64,000 bases of DNA from Raja brachyura (Eukaryota): the NCBI GenBank assembly GCA_963514005.1, contig OY740802.1, forward strand, positions 38,998,001-39,062,000, read 5' to 3'. The translations under genes and the position numbers were made by a program. Position 1 is the stretch's first letter, and every line of letters begins with the position of its first letter. Of this stretch, positions 12,721 through 25,492 are shown one piece after another. Below the pieces are notes generated by a model, which worked only from the letters and a program-made list of their open reading frames with translations, made no database searches and had not been told where the DNA came from.

Positions 12721-15700
12721 AGTCCTTTGGTTCTTGAACTGGTGTCGAACTACATCTATCTTTGAGTCACTTGATCTTTGCTTTGCTTTATCACGAGGTG
12801 TGAGTCTTATTGATTTGATGTGGGATCTCCAGTCATGGGGATTTGATAGCTTGCTTGATTTGTGGTGGCATGTGGAGAGGGCGAGTAATGAATCCTTGAT
12901 TGTTTCGATGTTGTCTCTGGGAGTTGTGTATCAAGCTCTGCCGTTCATTGGCTCGGGCGAGAAAAGCAAAGTCTTGCATTCACTTGCATCCTTATGCGCC
13001 CCTCTTTAGGATAACCAGGATGTTTCACTGCCAGTGAGCTACTGATGTAGGAAACGGCAAAAGTGCAACCCAGCAGGCTTCCACAGGTAGTGAGGTGATC
13101 ACTTGCTCCTAATGTTGTTTGACGGGCTGGGTAATGGGGAGAATTCTCCAGCTCTTTTAAAATAATGTTCTTGCTCCAACTCCCTCTGGTGGGTAGGCAT
13201 CTCATCCGAAGATGGCATCATTTTGCACAGCTTGGATTGTGCTACAAACAGGTTTGCACTTTTTGTCCATTGATGTGTCCACTAGTCCTTCAATTTGAGT
13301 GCCTTGACCAATAACCCCAGATGTTAATTTTACATCACACCACGTTTGCATAAGAATTTGAATCCCTTTATAAAATGAAAAAAATGGTTTTGGCAAAAGT
13401 GATGGTCATGTCGGTCCATCAGACATGTGGCCCCTGATGTTGTTGGTGTTTTGATTGATGGTACGAGCAGAAAGTGGAGATGCCCAGGGCTGTGATGTGG
13501 GTGATCAGGGAGGGGAGACTGGGATTGGCGTAAAAGCCATTGAGATAGGAAAGTTGCCTTTCTCATCTGGCCCACATGTTCTCCCATCCATGTTCTCCAT
13601 AGATGCTGCCTGACCTACTGCCTATTTCCTTCACTCCATAGATGCTGCCTCATCCGCTGAGTTTCTCCAGCATTTTTGTCTACTTTCGATTTTCCAGCAT
13701 CTGCAGTTCCTTCTTAAACACCGAGTTACTCCAACACTTGGTGCCTTACTGACCACCTGCCAGTGCCTTTAGGCTGAACTGGTGGTGATCCAACCACAGT
13801 TGTTTCAAGCTACTAAAGGGCCACAATACTAAGACTCCTTACAGCTGTACGGGAGTACCTTTACCTCTGACCACTCTCAGCAACCAGGAATTGCTCTTGT
13901 GAGGAGCACGTCCTCTACCCTAGCACCCACCGTTGTGGACATTCATGTACCATACTGCCCTACTTTGACAAAAGGAAGCAACTGACAGAAAGGCGTTTTC
14001 TTGTAAATGAGGAAAAAGTGTTTTTCTTTCAGCTCTCTGTGGTGGAATTTCTTACTTCTCTGGTATAAATATTTTCAAATTGTACTCTGCGAAGGACTTA
14101 TTTTGTTCACCATTGTGTAGAGCATACCTCAAATACCCTAAAACAAGTAATAACTCAATTTTGACAAAACTGTCAGTTGCTCCCTTTTGTCAAATTAGGG
14201 CAGGATACGCTTCCCGCTTCCCTCACAAACCCCTTGGGGCCCGTTGCGTTCTAGAACGTAGGTCCAACCAGTTCCTCTCCTCCACCTTGTGGATTAAAAG
14301 CTGGATAAATGAAGAGTCTCAATATGAGAAGTTAACTGTCCATTTCCCTCCACAGTCGCAGCCCGATCCACTGAGTTCCTTCAGCAGCTCGTTTTGCTCC
14401 AGATCTGTAGTGTCTTGTGCTGGCAATATTGGTAAATTGCCTTGATCTGTGACTGGGAGCTGCCTAATCCATGCATGTACTGACAACATAGTAACTAGTC
14501 TACCCAAGTAAAATTGCTTTTTGTGAAATACAGGTTCATACAACAGCTACTGCTACCTATTAGACAGAGTCAGATGCCCTCTGTCTATTTTGAGTGTGAC
14601 TCTATGTCGAAGATCCAGGGGATTTGGTAATGGGGGATAGATCCCTGGAATTATGGGGAGTGGTGGAGTCGGGAGACTGGTACCTGCTAAGGAGACGGGG
14701 GAGGTATGGCAAGATATTCCAGGATTGATTTACGGATTTGGAGCAGGGGAAGAGTGGCTTGCTTGAGTGATGTTGAGGGGCTGGAGACAACACTGGGCTT
14801 TCACTCACAGCCAGGAAGGTGATGGGAAGATTCATTGACACGTGGAGTTGAGATCTGAAATGGATCGGCTCTCACTGGCTGAAGCGGCAGAGAGGAGCGA
14901 TGAAATCTGCTGCTTAAGATTGGGAATGTATCACCCTAGGGGTTTCATCAGCAACAGTTCCTCAGTTGGTAATCTCCTGCACCAACAAGGCCAAGGCCAC
15001 CAGATGGAAGGGGAGGACTCCAATTTCCCTGTGGGTCCAACAGGCTTTGAACATGTTAAGTAGTTTCTTCACTGAGTCATAAACCTGGAGTTTCCTACCA
15101 ACATAAACAGGAGGTTGCAAGAATGCCACAAGTCCTCAAGGCTGAACCTAACCACTTCCTGCTCCATCCTTGGATCCCTCTTGTTGTTTAATCATTGGAT
15201 CTGGGCTATGATTATGACTAACGCATTCCTCCTGTGGTAGAAAATGTTTGACAACCCATGGGGGAAGAGATTTTTCTTTATCCCATTCTTAAATGGCTGC
15301 CTAATTCAGAAAGGGGCCCTGGTTCCTGGATAGCTGCCAAGGGAATCTGACTTGCATTTACTCTGCTCAGGAGTTTGCCCTGATGGTACAACCGAGCATA
15401 CAGCAGTGGATTAAGCGAGGCCCTTGCCATCTATGGGTAGGAAGGAATTCCTGGCATTACCCACTGAATGCCCTTGGGGGAAGGAGGGGAGCTGAAACCC
15501 ATTGTATGGAGTGAGGAATCCACTGAGCCCTGGTCTGAAGATTAGGCCATTATGGTCCATAGAGAGTTAAGTTATGGTGCTCTGGGATTTACAGTATGGT
15601 TTAATTTCTGAGTTCCCATTACTATAACAGGGTAAGTATGCAGTGCCTGAGATAAGCAATTACAAGCAGGATTCTGTGTAGGTGCACTCCTATCTCAATA

Positions 15701-16460
15701 TTCATAGTGCATGCAACTTGGCTTGTATTTACTGCAACATACTCTTTGGATTGGAAATGTTTGCATTTGGGGAAGGATTTGGTGTGGGTAGGGGGAATGG
15801 AGAAGAGGCCACTAATGAACACTATGTTAGTCACACTGTTGAGAGATGCTCTTTTGTTGTATAGCTGATTCAGCCGGTCTCTGAATACTTAAATCGCCTC
15901 CCACGGGCAAGCTGTGAGTTATCCGGGAAAATGATGAACCATTTCCAGTGAGATGCTCTCGGTACGTTGTTTTACCTTTGACACCTGGCCTGCCTTCACA
16001 TATTTATTTGCCTCCTGGTTGATCATCGGGGTATCGTTTTCCTTGCTCTTCAGCACTGACGTTCACACTTGTGAAGATGGACTTGCATTTGTCTCGAACT
16101 TTTCAAGCTCTGGATGTCTCGAGGTGCTTTTTAAAGAGTAGTGGCTGTCGTAAAGTAGTAAATGTGACGACTAATTTGTATGCAGCAAGCTCTTTTTCCC
16201 CCTCCCCTTCATGGACAGTCAAGAGATAATTGATCATAGGCCAGCTCTTGCTCTCCAGGAACATGATGAAACATTTTCCACATGATATAATGGCCAAATT
16301 AAATACTGGGCAGATATCGAGTAAGTTTGCTTTTAAGTTTGAGGAGTATTGGTTAGGTGACTGGGAGGTGGGGTGCAGGTTAAGTTGAGCTCCTGCCAAA
16401 TAGTAACTGAATCCTTTGGAAAGAACTGGTGCTGAATTAGGTTAGTCTATACCTCATGAG

Positions 16461-17337
16461 TAGAGCCAGGATTTTGCCATAAATGCCATGTGCCTTTTCA
16501 TGCCCTTTTTTGATAATTTCACCAAGATAATGCCTTTTCCACGATCGAGTGCCTAAATCAGCTTTTGTTTTTTGCCGTTTTGCTAAAAGGTCGTGCTATT
16601 TTCTCTAGTTGTACCGTGGATACAATGACGGTTTCTATGTTAACATAGTATGAATTACAAGAACATTTTCACCACTGGGGCGAAACCGGGGGAACCGCCT
16701 TCGGTCGTTCATTCATTCGTGCCGCTGCCCGCTGGTTCAGTCTTCTCCAAAATCTACCTATTGCTTGCAATATTACAAACTTCCCGCAAGCTATCACTTG
16801 CCTTGAGAAACTTGGCCAAACATTAGTGAATAACTTGCAGGTTTTCAACAAAGTAACTGACGATATTCGTAAAGTTCCTGGCGATGTAGGTAAAGACATA
16901 CAAGGAAAATGTGAGAGTATGATTTTAGCTAACAAAGATCTTGAAGAAATACAAAACATAGCTAAAGTTCCCAAAGGTAGTTGTAATGCACAAGATATCG
17001 ACATGAATGTAGAGTCTGTAGCTTGTTTTGGGTATGCACCAGTGACCTCAGCTGAGGTATAAAGAGGTTTTTCACCACTGAAGCATATTTTGTCTGACAG
17101 ATGGCATAGTTTAACACCAGATAATTTGAAAATAATTATAGTAATTATGCGCAACCAGGCAACTTTGTTCATATAATGTCGTATACCTTTATTATTATTT
17201 TTAACCATATTTTGGTGGTGGAAACACATGTCTTTTTTATGCCCTTTTTTGTCATTAAATGCCTTTTTTTGTCATTTTAATATACCTTTTTGCCTGCCTA
17301 TTTCAGAGTTTTTTAGTGCCTAAGCATCCTGGCTCTG
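16461..17337 (+). mobile_element. Internally deleted hAT DNA transposon with C-terminal transposase remnant
   Basis: TIRs tagagccaggat / atcctggctctg with a perfect 8-bp TSD ctcatgag (16453-16460, 17338-17345). Translation ...VACFGYAPVTSAEV*RGFSPLKHILSDRWHSLTPDNLKIIIVI resembles the hAT C-terminal dimerisation motif (P.TS..VER.FS). AT-rich. Confidence 0.88.
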
Positions 17338-17848
17338 CTCATGAGAGTGAAGAGTGCATCAGTGTCTGTTCTGATTTTTTTTCTGCCAAGCATCGAGTTG
17401 TTCTCTGCTTCCTGATCTCCCAAAAAGATTTCATGAAATTGCAGGAATTCTGAAATGAAAGTGAAAAATGTTGGGGGTACTCTGTCGTGCAGGCAGCACC
17501 AGCCGGGAAAGAAATGGAGATAAATGTTTAAGGTTGATATAGTGTCCTGTTACAGTCAGTCATATAGTGTAGAGGAAATGATCCTCTACTCTAATGACCC
17601 TTTCTTATCCATGTACCTGTCCAAATGTCCCTCAAATGTTGTCATTATTCCTGCCTCAACTCCTTATTCCATATCCCCACCACCCTCTGTGTGGAAAAGG
17701 TTGTCCCTTGGGTTCCTTTGAAATATTTCAGCGCTCACCTTAAGCCTCTGCCCAATTATCTTCCCGCTGCTGCTGTAAGAGCTGCCATGTTTCTATAGTG
17801 TTTCTGGACTCCATGATCGGTACCACTGAGTCGCAAAGGTTGTATTAA

Positions 17849-18150
17849 ATCCCTGTCCCACGGTACAAGTTCATTCCAAGAGTTCTCCCGAGTTTGCCCT
17901 GATTTGAACTCGGAGATTTACGGTAATGGCCGCTCGTCGGTACTCGGGGCTATCGTGGACATTTTTCATCATGTTGAAAAATCTTCACGAGTCGACCCGT
18001 GCTTACCTGCCGTTAGCGAGTCTTCCGGTGTACCTGCCGTTAGCGCTAAGAGACGTACCTGCTACGTTCATTCTCCTTGGTTACCACGGGTTTGATTTTT
18101 TTAAACTGGGGAGACCTCTTGGAATGAACTCGTACTGTGGGACAGGACTA
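17849..18150. mobile_element. Harbinger-like MITE, second subfamily
   Basis: Long TIRs cctgtcccacggtacaagttcattccaagag / ctcttggaatgaactcgtactgtgggacagg, with TAA flanks. Confidence 0.78.
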
Positions 18151-19905
18151 TAAGGATGTGCCATTCCTGGCTTTGGTGGTATAAGTACACAAAGGGAGTA
18201 CCTCAGTAGGTCAGGCAACATTTCTGCAGTAACATGTACAATTTACTTTGTGAACTGAAGTAAGGTGAGAAACATCCTTGTCATATTTGCCTGAACCTGC
18301 CAAAGCTGATCATCAAAGATTTTTTTGCAATTAACTGGATTTTCCGATGTTATTACCGACAAGCCTGTTGCTGTGTAGCATTGACCTGTGGTTCCTCCTC
18401 GCTTTGCTGGATTTTATTACCATTGCTCATCAGAGTACCACTCCCTTGGAAAAACCAAGCAAGCCACTTCATGCCCCGGTTAATCCAGAGATCCCCTCAA
18501 CTGGCCACTATCAATGGGTTTGGTGAATATTTCATGGCTTTCTCATCCTTGATTTCCATTTATGACTTGTGTCAGATGATTGCAGCCTATATTACTGCAG
18601 GTTTAGTTAAAAGTATAATGGATAAGTAATGAAAAGGCAGACTTCAAAGAGAGATTGTATGGAGTTGGTTGGGCCACCTCGTGTTGCCATTTCTGTGTGC
18701 ACAGATGGGCTAAGGAAGGAACTAAGCTATTTGATCTTGTAGTAAAGATTGAATGGTGACTGAATTTTAAAAAAAGCTTAGAGTAGGGTTACAGTTTGAG
18801 GGCAAACCACGGTCTGCACGACCTGGCGATCTGCCAATATAATCCCTCGTATATTCCCGCTCAAAAGGAGTTGAATACTCCTTGGAGGACAATCTCTTCA
18901 GAGATCCAGAATGCAACCCTGCATGTCCTGCCCTCAAGATTTTGTGTAGGTTGAGGAAGGGGTGCTGTGCAAAAGCATCTATGTTTTCTGACACTCATTT
19001 TGATGGCAATGCAATACTAATACTTGCCCACTGAGCACCTTGTGGTGTCTATATTCAGAACTGTGAGTTTGTGTTCAACCGCCCTCTCTTGTTCGCTGAA
19101 GTTTGACTTTGGTTTTTGCTCCTCTCTGCCAATCTGATATTTATTTTGCAAGAAAGATACAAGTGTGTATATTGTGGGAATGTAGAATTGTAAAATAGTC
19201 TTTGCACGGAAGGCCACTCGGAGCTCTCTAAAAGAACTGTCTAAGTGGATGAGCAGTCTGCATAGTAGAAATCTCCAAGGAAGAACATCAAATAATGCAC
19301 ACATTGCTGCAACGAAGGAGACTGAGTGTGTTTTGTAAAAACCCTTCAAATGCAAATAAGAGATCATTTCTACTGGTTTATGAATCTGTTGCAAAGAACA
19401 TTCATTTTTGTGTGGAGGCTGGAAGAGCATTTGCAGTGTTGAAAGTTTGGAATCAAAATGCTGCTAAAAATGATCAAGATGGAACTGGGCAAATGGTATG
19501 AGAAACAATGCTGTGGAATCTTCTGAAGAGCACACACTGGGGCTAGTACATGGACAACAGCCAGAGTGGCATCCCCCTAAGGAAAATGACATCAATGTTC
19601 ATTTGTCCATGTGATGGAGGCACACTCTCACCACCACGCCCTCCATCCCCTCCCACCCCCCATCACCATCCAGCTGGTGACAGCTCCAATTCTCTCACAA
19701 CTCAGCAGGTTCCAAGCCATTTGTAGTTGGGTTGTGAGGGAAAGGAGAGATCAAACGCTCTGCTACCTTTTAAATAAAGTAGCATTACTGCAGTGACAAA
19801 ACTGCTCCCTAGTGAGCCCACTGCCCTTAATGTGAAGCTGTCCGTGCCGATGAGCGCTTCAGGGATTAGAGTCTCTTTGAGGAAGAGTGTCTTCAGCTCT
19901 GGACA

Positions 19906-19919
19906 GCAGTAGGGGGCGG
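19906..19919 (+). promoter_or_regulatory. Candidate CTCF site
   Basis: gCAGTAGGGGGCGG, one mismatch to the core consensus. Confidence 0.3.
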
Positions 19920-21332
19920 TTACTGAGCCAGCTGTGTTTTCATAAGTTGGATAAGCATATGTGTCACTTTCTGGTGACTTCTGATTTTAATGTTTTTTCA
20001 GCTGGATTTTATAAATCCGTCTTTTAAAATCCAAGAGGTTTAATGCTGTAAAATTGTACTACCCACACGGAGGCCATTGAGCTGTTGAACGCATGCTGGC
20101 CTTAAGCAAGCCATCCTGTCTAATCTTTAGTCCCCAGTTATTGGTCTGTGATCAAGTGTAGTGGCATGTGAACACACATCTTTGTGTTGAAACATGGGGG
20201 GGTGGGTCATTTTAAGGCAGCGACTTCCAGAACCCCTCGGGCCTCTGTTGGAAGGGATTCTCTCCGCCAAAGACAGGGCACGCATAGGCAGCAAATGTTT
20301 GCCCACGATCTTTCTTGGCAACCTAAAACCTGTGTTGTTTTCAAATTTTTCCCAGTCCTTGTGAGTTGTCAAACTTGTTCCCCCTGCATGGACACTGACC
20401 ACCCTGCTGAGTATTGGAAGCACTTTCTCTTCATTATGTCACTGTTTGCTATGTTCATCATCTCATTTCTTGTGGGAACCTTTCATTAAACTTGAGTCAA
20501 TCAGTGGCATGATACTGGAACTATTGCCTATTTGAGTAAAGTAGAAATTGTCCACTTTATCCGTTTCCTATTTCTCCTGGTCCTTTTGTCAATTGTCTTT
20601 TTCACGTTATAATTCTACTGGGGGTGGGGAGGAATGTTCTGTCCAATTTATATTCTGCGGGGATTTCTAATCATTATTTCTCCCGAAACATTGGGCACTT
20701 GGTTGGTTTAACAATTTAATTTAATCATAACAAGACTTGCCACTTTCCAAGTGCTGCTTTCCTTGTGGGGAAAGGTGAGTATGACTAATGCTACAGCGTA
20801 GGAACAGATGGAGAAAGGCAGCATTGAATTGAGGAGCAAAAAAAAAAATCAGTGATATACCCAGCGTGAAGTGACAAGAAAGCTCTAGGCTGCCAAAGTG
20901 CTTGACTATTGTACCGTGACATTGTCCTGCAGTACTCCCAATGGCATCTGGTCCCTTTGAAGTAAGCCCTGGGCACTTTTACAAAAAACCAATGGTCATC
21001 ACCCAAATAAATACTTTAAGATTTTTATTTCTTGATGAAACGGACTGTCACTGGGAATTAAAACACTGTTCCGATGTAGTATGATGGAGTCCACTAGGTT
21101 TTAAACCAACTGACCTTGTTGACATGGTGTGCTCGTACTGAACTTCTGCATGTCATGAGCTTCTCTAACTTTCCCTGTCTCCATTCACCAGGCTTGTAAA
21201 TCACTTGTGGAGATCTTCACGGTCACTTTCACCATTAAATATTCATCCTTGGTGGTGAATTTTCTCTGGACTTTCGCTATTAGTTGAGACTTTCCTATTT
21301 CTGGATCTGATTTCTTTCGTGTGCATTTGTTA

Positions 21333-21584
21333 AAGGCCTGTCCTACTTGGGTGATTTTCTTTCGGCAACTTGCCGGCACCCGTCATAGTCGCAGCAGGTC
21401 GGCGAAAATTTTCAACATGTTGAAGATCCAGCGGCGACCAGAAAAGATATGACTCTTTGGGTGACTACTCACGACCAAACAGGCGTCACCCCGCAACATG
21501 GTGAAATTTTTGGGCGACCTGCTGTGACCATGACGGGTGCTGGCTAGTCGGCGAACAAATTGCGGAGGAAGTGGGACAGGCCCT
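21333..21584. mobile_element. PIF/Harbinger-like MITE
   Basis: aggcctgtcctactt ... aagtgggacaggccct termini; palindromic interior. Confidence 0.78.
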
Positions 21585-21856
21585 TGAGGAGCATGATTTT
21601 TGCATAATATGCATAGTTGGCTTTCATTGGGAAATATTCCTGTTGACTTTGTCCTAAGTACAACTCCACTTTGGTTGATCTCGCAGGTTAAAACAAAGTG
21701 TTGATATTTTGTAAACCCTGTACTTCATTACACCTGTAATCTAAACATTGAGGATAGGGTGCAAGACATGTTTCTGTACATTGACACTTGGCAGCAATCT
21801 GTCCGTGTCAACGCACTCCATATACACCTGCAGTGTAATCTCCCCATCTATTTTTA

Positions 21857-22040
21857 AATGCTGGAGTAACTCAGCGGGACAGGCAGCATCTCTGGAGAGA
21901 AGGAACGGGTGATGTTTCGTGTCGAGACTCTTTTCTTCAGTCTGAAAGAAGGGTCTTGACCCGAAATGTCATCCATTCCTTCTCCCCAGAGATGCTGCCG
22001 GTCCCGCTGAGTTACTCCTGCATTTTTTGTCTATCTTCAA
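21857..22040. mobile_element. Palindromic PLE-derived short element
   Basis: aatgctggagtaactcagcgggacaggcagcatctc...gagatgctgccggtcccgctgagttactcc, with degenerate hammerhead cores back-to-back at the centre. Confidence 0.75.
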
Positions 22041-22162
22041 TTTTCTTGGCCCCGTTCTGGGAGCAGACGTTGGGGCGGATTTGGATCCGCAACGGCCGTG
22101 AGCCCCAGGCCGAGCTCGGCGATCGTTTGCCTGCTTCTGCTACTGTTGGAGGTGAGACGTCT

Positions 22163-22371
22163 TGGGCCTGTCCCACTTTGGCCGTCAGTTACGCGACAGG
22201 CCGGTGGTACGCGAAGATTTTGTTTGCTACAAAATTTCGGAGTGCCGCGTAATACCTCGCACAACTCCATACCCCTCCGCGCATCTCAGTGGGACCGGCC
22301 ACACGATGCCCACATGCCTCAACGCGACCCCGTAATTTATTTGCCAAGGACATGCAAGTGGGACAGGGCCT
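22163..22371. mobile_element. PIF/Harbinger-like MITE (short, related to the 3426 copy)
   Basis: gggcctgtcccactt ... aagtgggacagggcct termini; interior matches the 3426 element in reverse. Confidence 0.7.
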
Positions 22372-22431
22372 TTAGTGTGTGTGTTGCTGTGTGTGTGTGT
22401 GTGTCCATGTGTGTGTGTGTGTGTGTGTGTG

Positions 22432-22590
22432 GTGCCGTTGTGGGTATTGTACAAAATGCCAGACAGCACAATTCCTGTGCAAGGACACAAATCACACACA
22501 CACACATGTGTGCGCGCGTAAGAGGGTGTATGATTTGTGCCCTTGCACAGGAGTTGTGCTGTCTGGCATTTTGTACAATACCCACGGCAC
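22432..22590. repeat. Long inverted repeat (60-bp arms, 26-nt spacer)
   Basis: 22440-22499 is the reverse complement of 22526-22585 with 3 mismatches; gtgccgt/acggcac extend the stem. Confidence 0.93.
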
Positions 22591-23363
22591 TCTCCCCGAG
22601 TTGATTTATATGCTGACTTTATATTTTTCTCCCCAAGGAAAGATGAGAAAGCATCAGCCAAATCAGCCCTGACACAGGCAGCACCCTCTGAGCCAGACTT
22701 GAGGACAAGCACTGATTTTTTAAATTAATTTTTACACAAAAAGTATCTTTTTACATTTCTGCAGCTGAAATGGCATAAATGCAGCTCCCGCATGTTAATG
22801 AGAGAACTGCAGCCTCTGCTTGCCCGAGTGCTTTATCTGTTCTTTGTTACGACTGTCTAGACATGATGCAGGTTCTGCAGGTTTTACCCTTCTGTTGATT
22901 AATTTGTCGAGAAGGAAACCCAGTCGATTTTGCTCATTGAGTGACTCTGTCACTCATTCTCCCACTCCACCTTTTGTGTTTGAGTGTGCGTGTCTGCTCG
23001 CCCTTGTGTTTTAAAAAAAAAACCTCACCCCCCCCACCCCCACCTCTAATAGGGTTCAGCATTTAGATGAGCAAGCAGAATTTTACAAGAGGGGGGTATT
23101 TTCCTGCAGATATTCGGAGAGGAAAAACAACTTAATCTGTGGTGACAATTACATCTGGGAGGACGAGTCTGGGTTTTGTTTGTGGTGTTGATGGGGACAT
23201 GGGTGGAAGGTCACCTTGTGGTGGAGCAAGACTAAATGGTGGTTGTCTCCTCTGTCTGCAAGCAGGAATGCCTTCTCACTGCTGTCTTTCCAATAGTTCA
23301 TATAAAATGTTAGATTCTATATAATTATATGGAGCAAAGATGTAATGCTAAGTTTAGAACTTG

Positions 23364-23660
23364 CAGAATAATGAAAGGTATAGATAGAGTGGATGTGGAG
23401 AGGATGTTTCCACTGGTGGGAGAGTCTAGGACCAGGGGTCGTAGCCTCAGAATTAAAGGGCGCACTTTTAGAAAGGAGGTGAGGAGGAACTTCTTTAGTC
23501 GGAGGGTAATTAATCTATGGAACTCATTGCCACAGAGGGCTGTGGAGGCCAAATCGGTGACTATTTTTAAGACGGCGTAAGACAAATTCGGAGATCAGCC
23601 ATGATTGAGTGGACTCGATGGGCCAAATGGCCTAATTCCACTCCTATAATTTGTGACCTT
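23364..23660 (+). mobile_element. CR1-clade LINE 3' fragment
   Basis: IMKGIDRVDVERMFPLVGESRTRGRSLRIKG...FFSRRVINLWNSLPQ in ORF 23329-23580. Confidence 0.85.
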
Positions 23661-25492
23661 GTGAATTTGTATCCACTTGTATATCGTCTTCTAATGTCGC
23701 AAGAGGTCTGAGCCAGTTGCAGCTTGTCACAATGACCGAGTGCCTGAGTTATCACCTTGCTGCAGACGGCAATTGTCCAGGGATCAAAAGTCGGCCATCA
23801 CTGAGAAAGGTGAAGGATGAGTCGTCTATGTACCAGGGTCCCCCTATAGTTTACTGCTCATCCTTTTTCTAGAGCATTCTATGGCACAGCAGTGAGCCTT
23901 TGGTGCCCTTTGTAGCATGGCCTCTTTAACGTTGTAAAATGTAGGGGCTGCTCACTGCTCCTTGGCTGAAGTGCCATGGGTGGGATGCATACATAATACA
24001 GCGAGATTACTGGCCAGGTAGTTTTGTCCTGAGCCACCGCTGTTTGCCCCACAAGAAAGTACAAGTAGGTGTGTGGGGAAAACGAGGACTTGTCAAAGGG
24101 TTGTGCAGCTCAGAAATAGGCCCTTCTGCCCACCATGCCCACGCCATCCATTGTACCTGTCCATTATGATCACATTCACCCACATTGGGTCTCCAGCCGC
24201 CTTTGCCGTGACTAAGTATTCGTTCAAATGCTGCAGAAATGTCGAGGTCTTTGCCTGCACCAACTCCTCGGGCAGTACTTCCCTGATTGCAACTACTCTC
24301 TGGGTGAAAGTATTCCCCCCTCAGATCACCTCAAACCCTCCTAAAACTCGCCCTCTTGTCTTAGACACCTAGACACTGCCGCCGTGGGGAAAATGATTTT
24401 ACTATCTGCCCTATCCTCCTAATTTTGAAATCCTCTGGCAGTTCTCCCCCATAGCCTCCTGCGCTGCAGGGGAAACAAATCCAGTCTATCTAGTCTCTCC
24501 TTGTAGGTGATACACTCCATCCCAAGTAGCCCTCACTCCAGTGCAGTCCCATCCATCCACTGGTGGGGTGATTCGAACTGCAATCTACTGTAAACTCTCA
24601 GTCAACAGGATAATGAGGGGGAAGGTGCTGGTTACATGTAAATTGGTCAATAAATTAATTTCTGTACATCACCACGTGTATTCTGTGCACAAGCCTTCAA
24701 GTACATTGCCAAACTGCATGCTATCTCCTTGTCCTTGTTTAAATACATCCTGCACTGCAACTTGATACTTTAAAGCTAAACCGTATTAATGTAAAACACA
24801 GCAAAAATCAAATTACTGGCTCATTGTCTCATGAAGTGACACATCTTCAGAGAATGTTGTTGTTAATCAGCATAGAACTGCACTGCCTTGGATATAAAAT
24901 GTCTTTTTAAATTTGCATAACACTTGCGATAAAATTCACTATTTGTACATGTTTTCATAAAAATAAACCCACCATGCGTAGGCGACATGTAGACAATTGC
25001 ACACGGCCTGGCCTGGCTGGCCTCTGCAGCGCAGTGCTCTCAGCTGACAGGAAGCTGTGCATAAACACAATCGCAGAATTGAAATTAGCATTTTTGGGGG
25101 GGAAATGTTGAACATTTAACATTCTTACATTTTTGCTAGTTGCATGTGAATTCTGGATGCGTGAATACTGGAATGGCAGAATCTATTTTGCTTTGTTTAC
25201 ACTTCCAAGTGACCTAAGCTGTTTGCCAACAAAACGTCTGAGATTGTGGCTGCCGTTGTGTTGTCTGAATCGAGGTGTTTTAGGTACAGCAAGGCCCATA
25301 AACAGCGGTAGGAATGTCCAGGGGATCAGTTTTGTGAAGGGATAGGAGTGATGAATATTAACCTGGGCTCTTGGGAAGTGTCCTTGAGGTAATTTAGAAA
25401 ACATATTGCAATTGGTTCTTTGATTGTCCATCTTAGAGGGCAAGGGGGCCTTGAATTATGACCTCATCCAAAAGGTGACTTTTCTGACAACA

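Noticed and set aside
15682-15864. Cys-containing ORF vaguely like PMEPA1 exon 1 (SCTCNC...MEI)
   Set aside because: GTG start, weak similarity and no phase-1 donor at the expected place.
16669-17229. 186-aa minus-strand ORF
   Set aside because: Antisense to the hAT transposase remnant; no recognisable motif.
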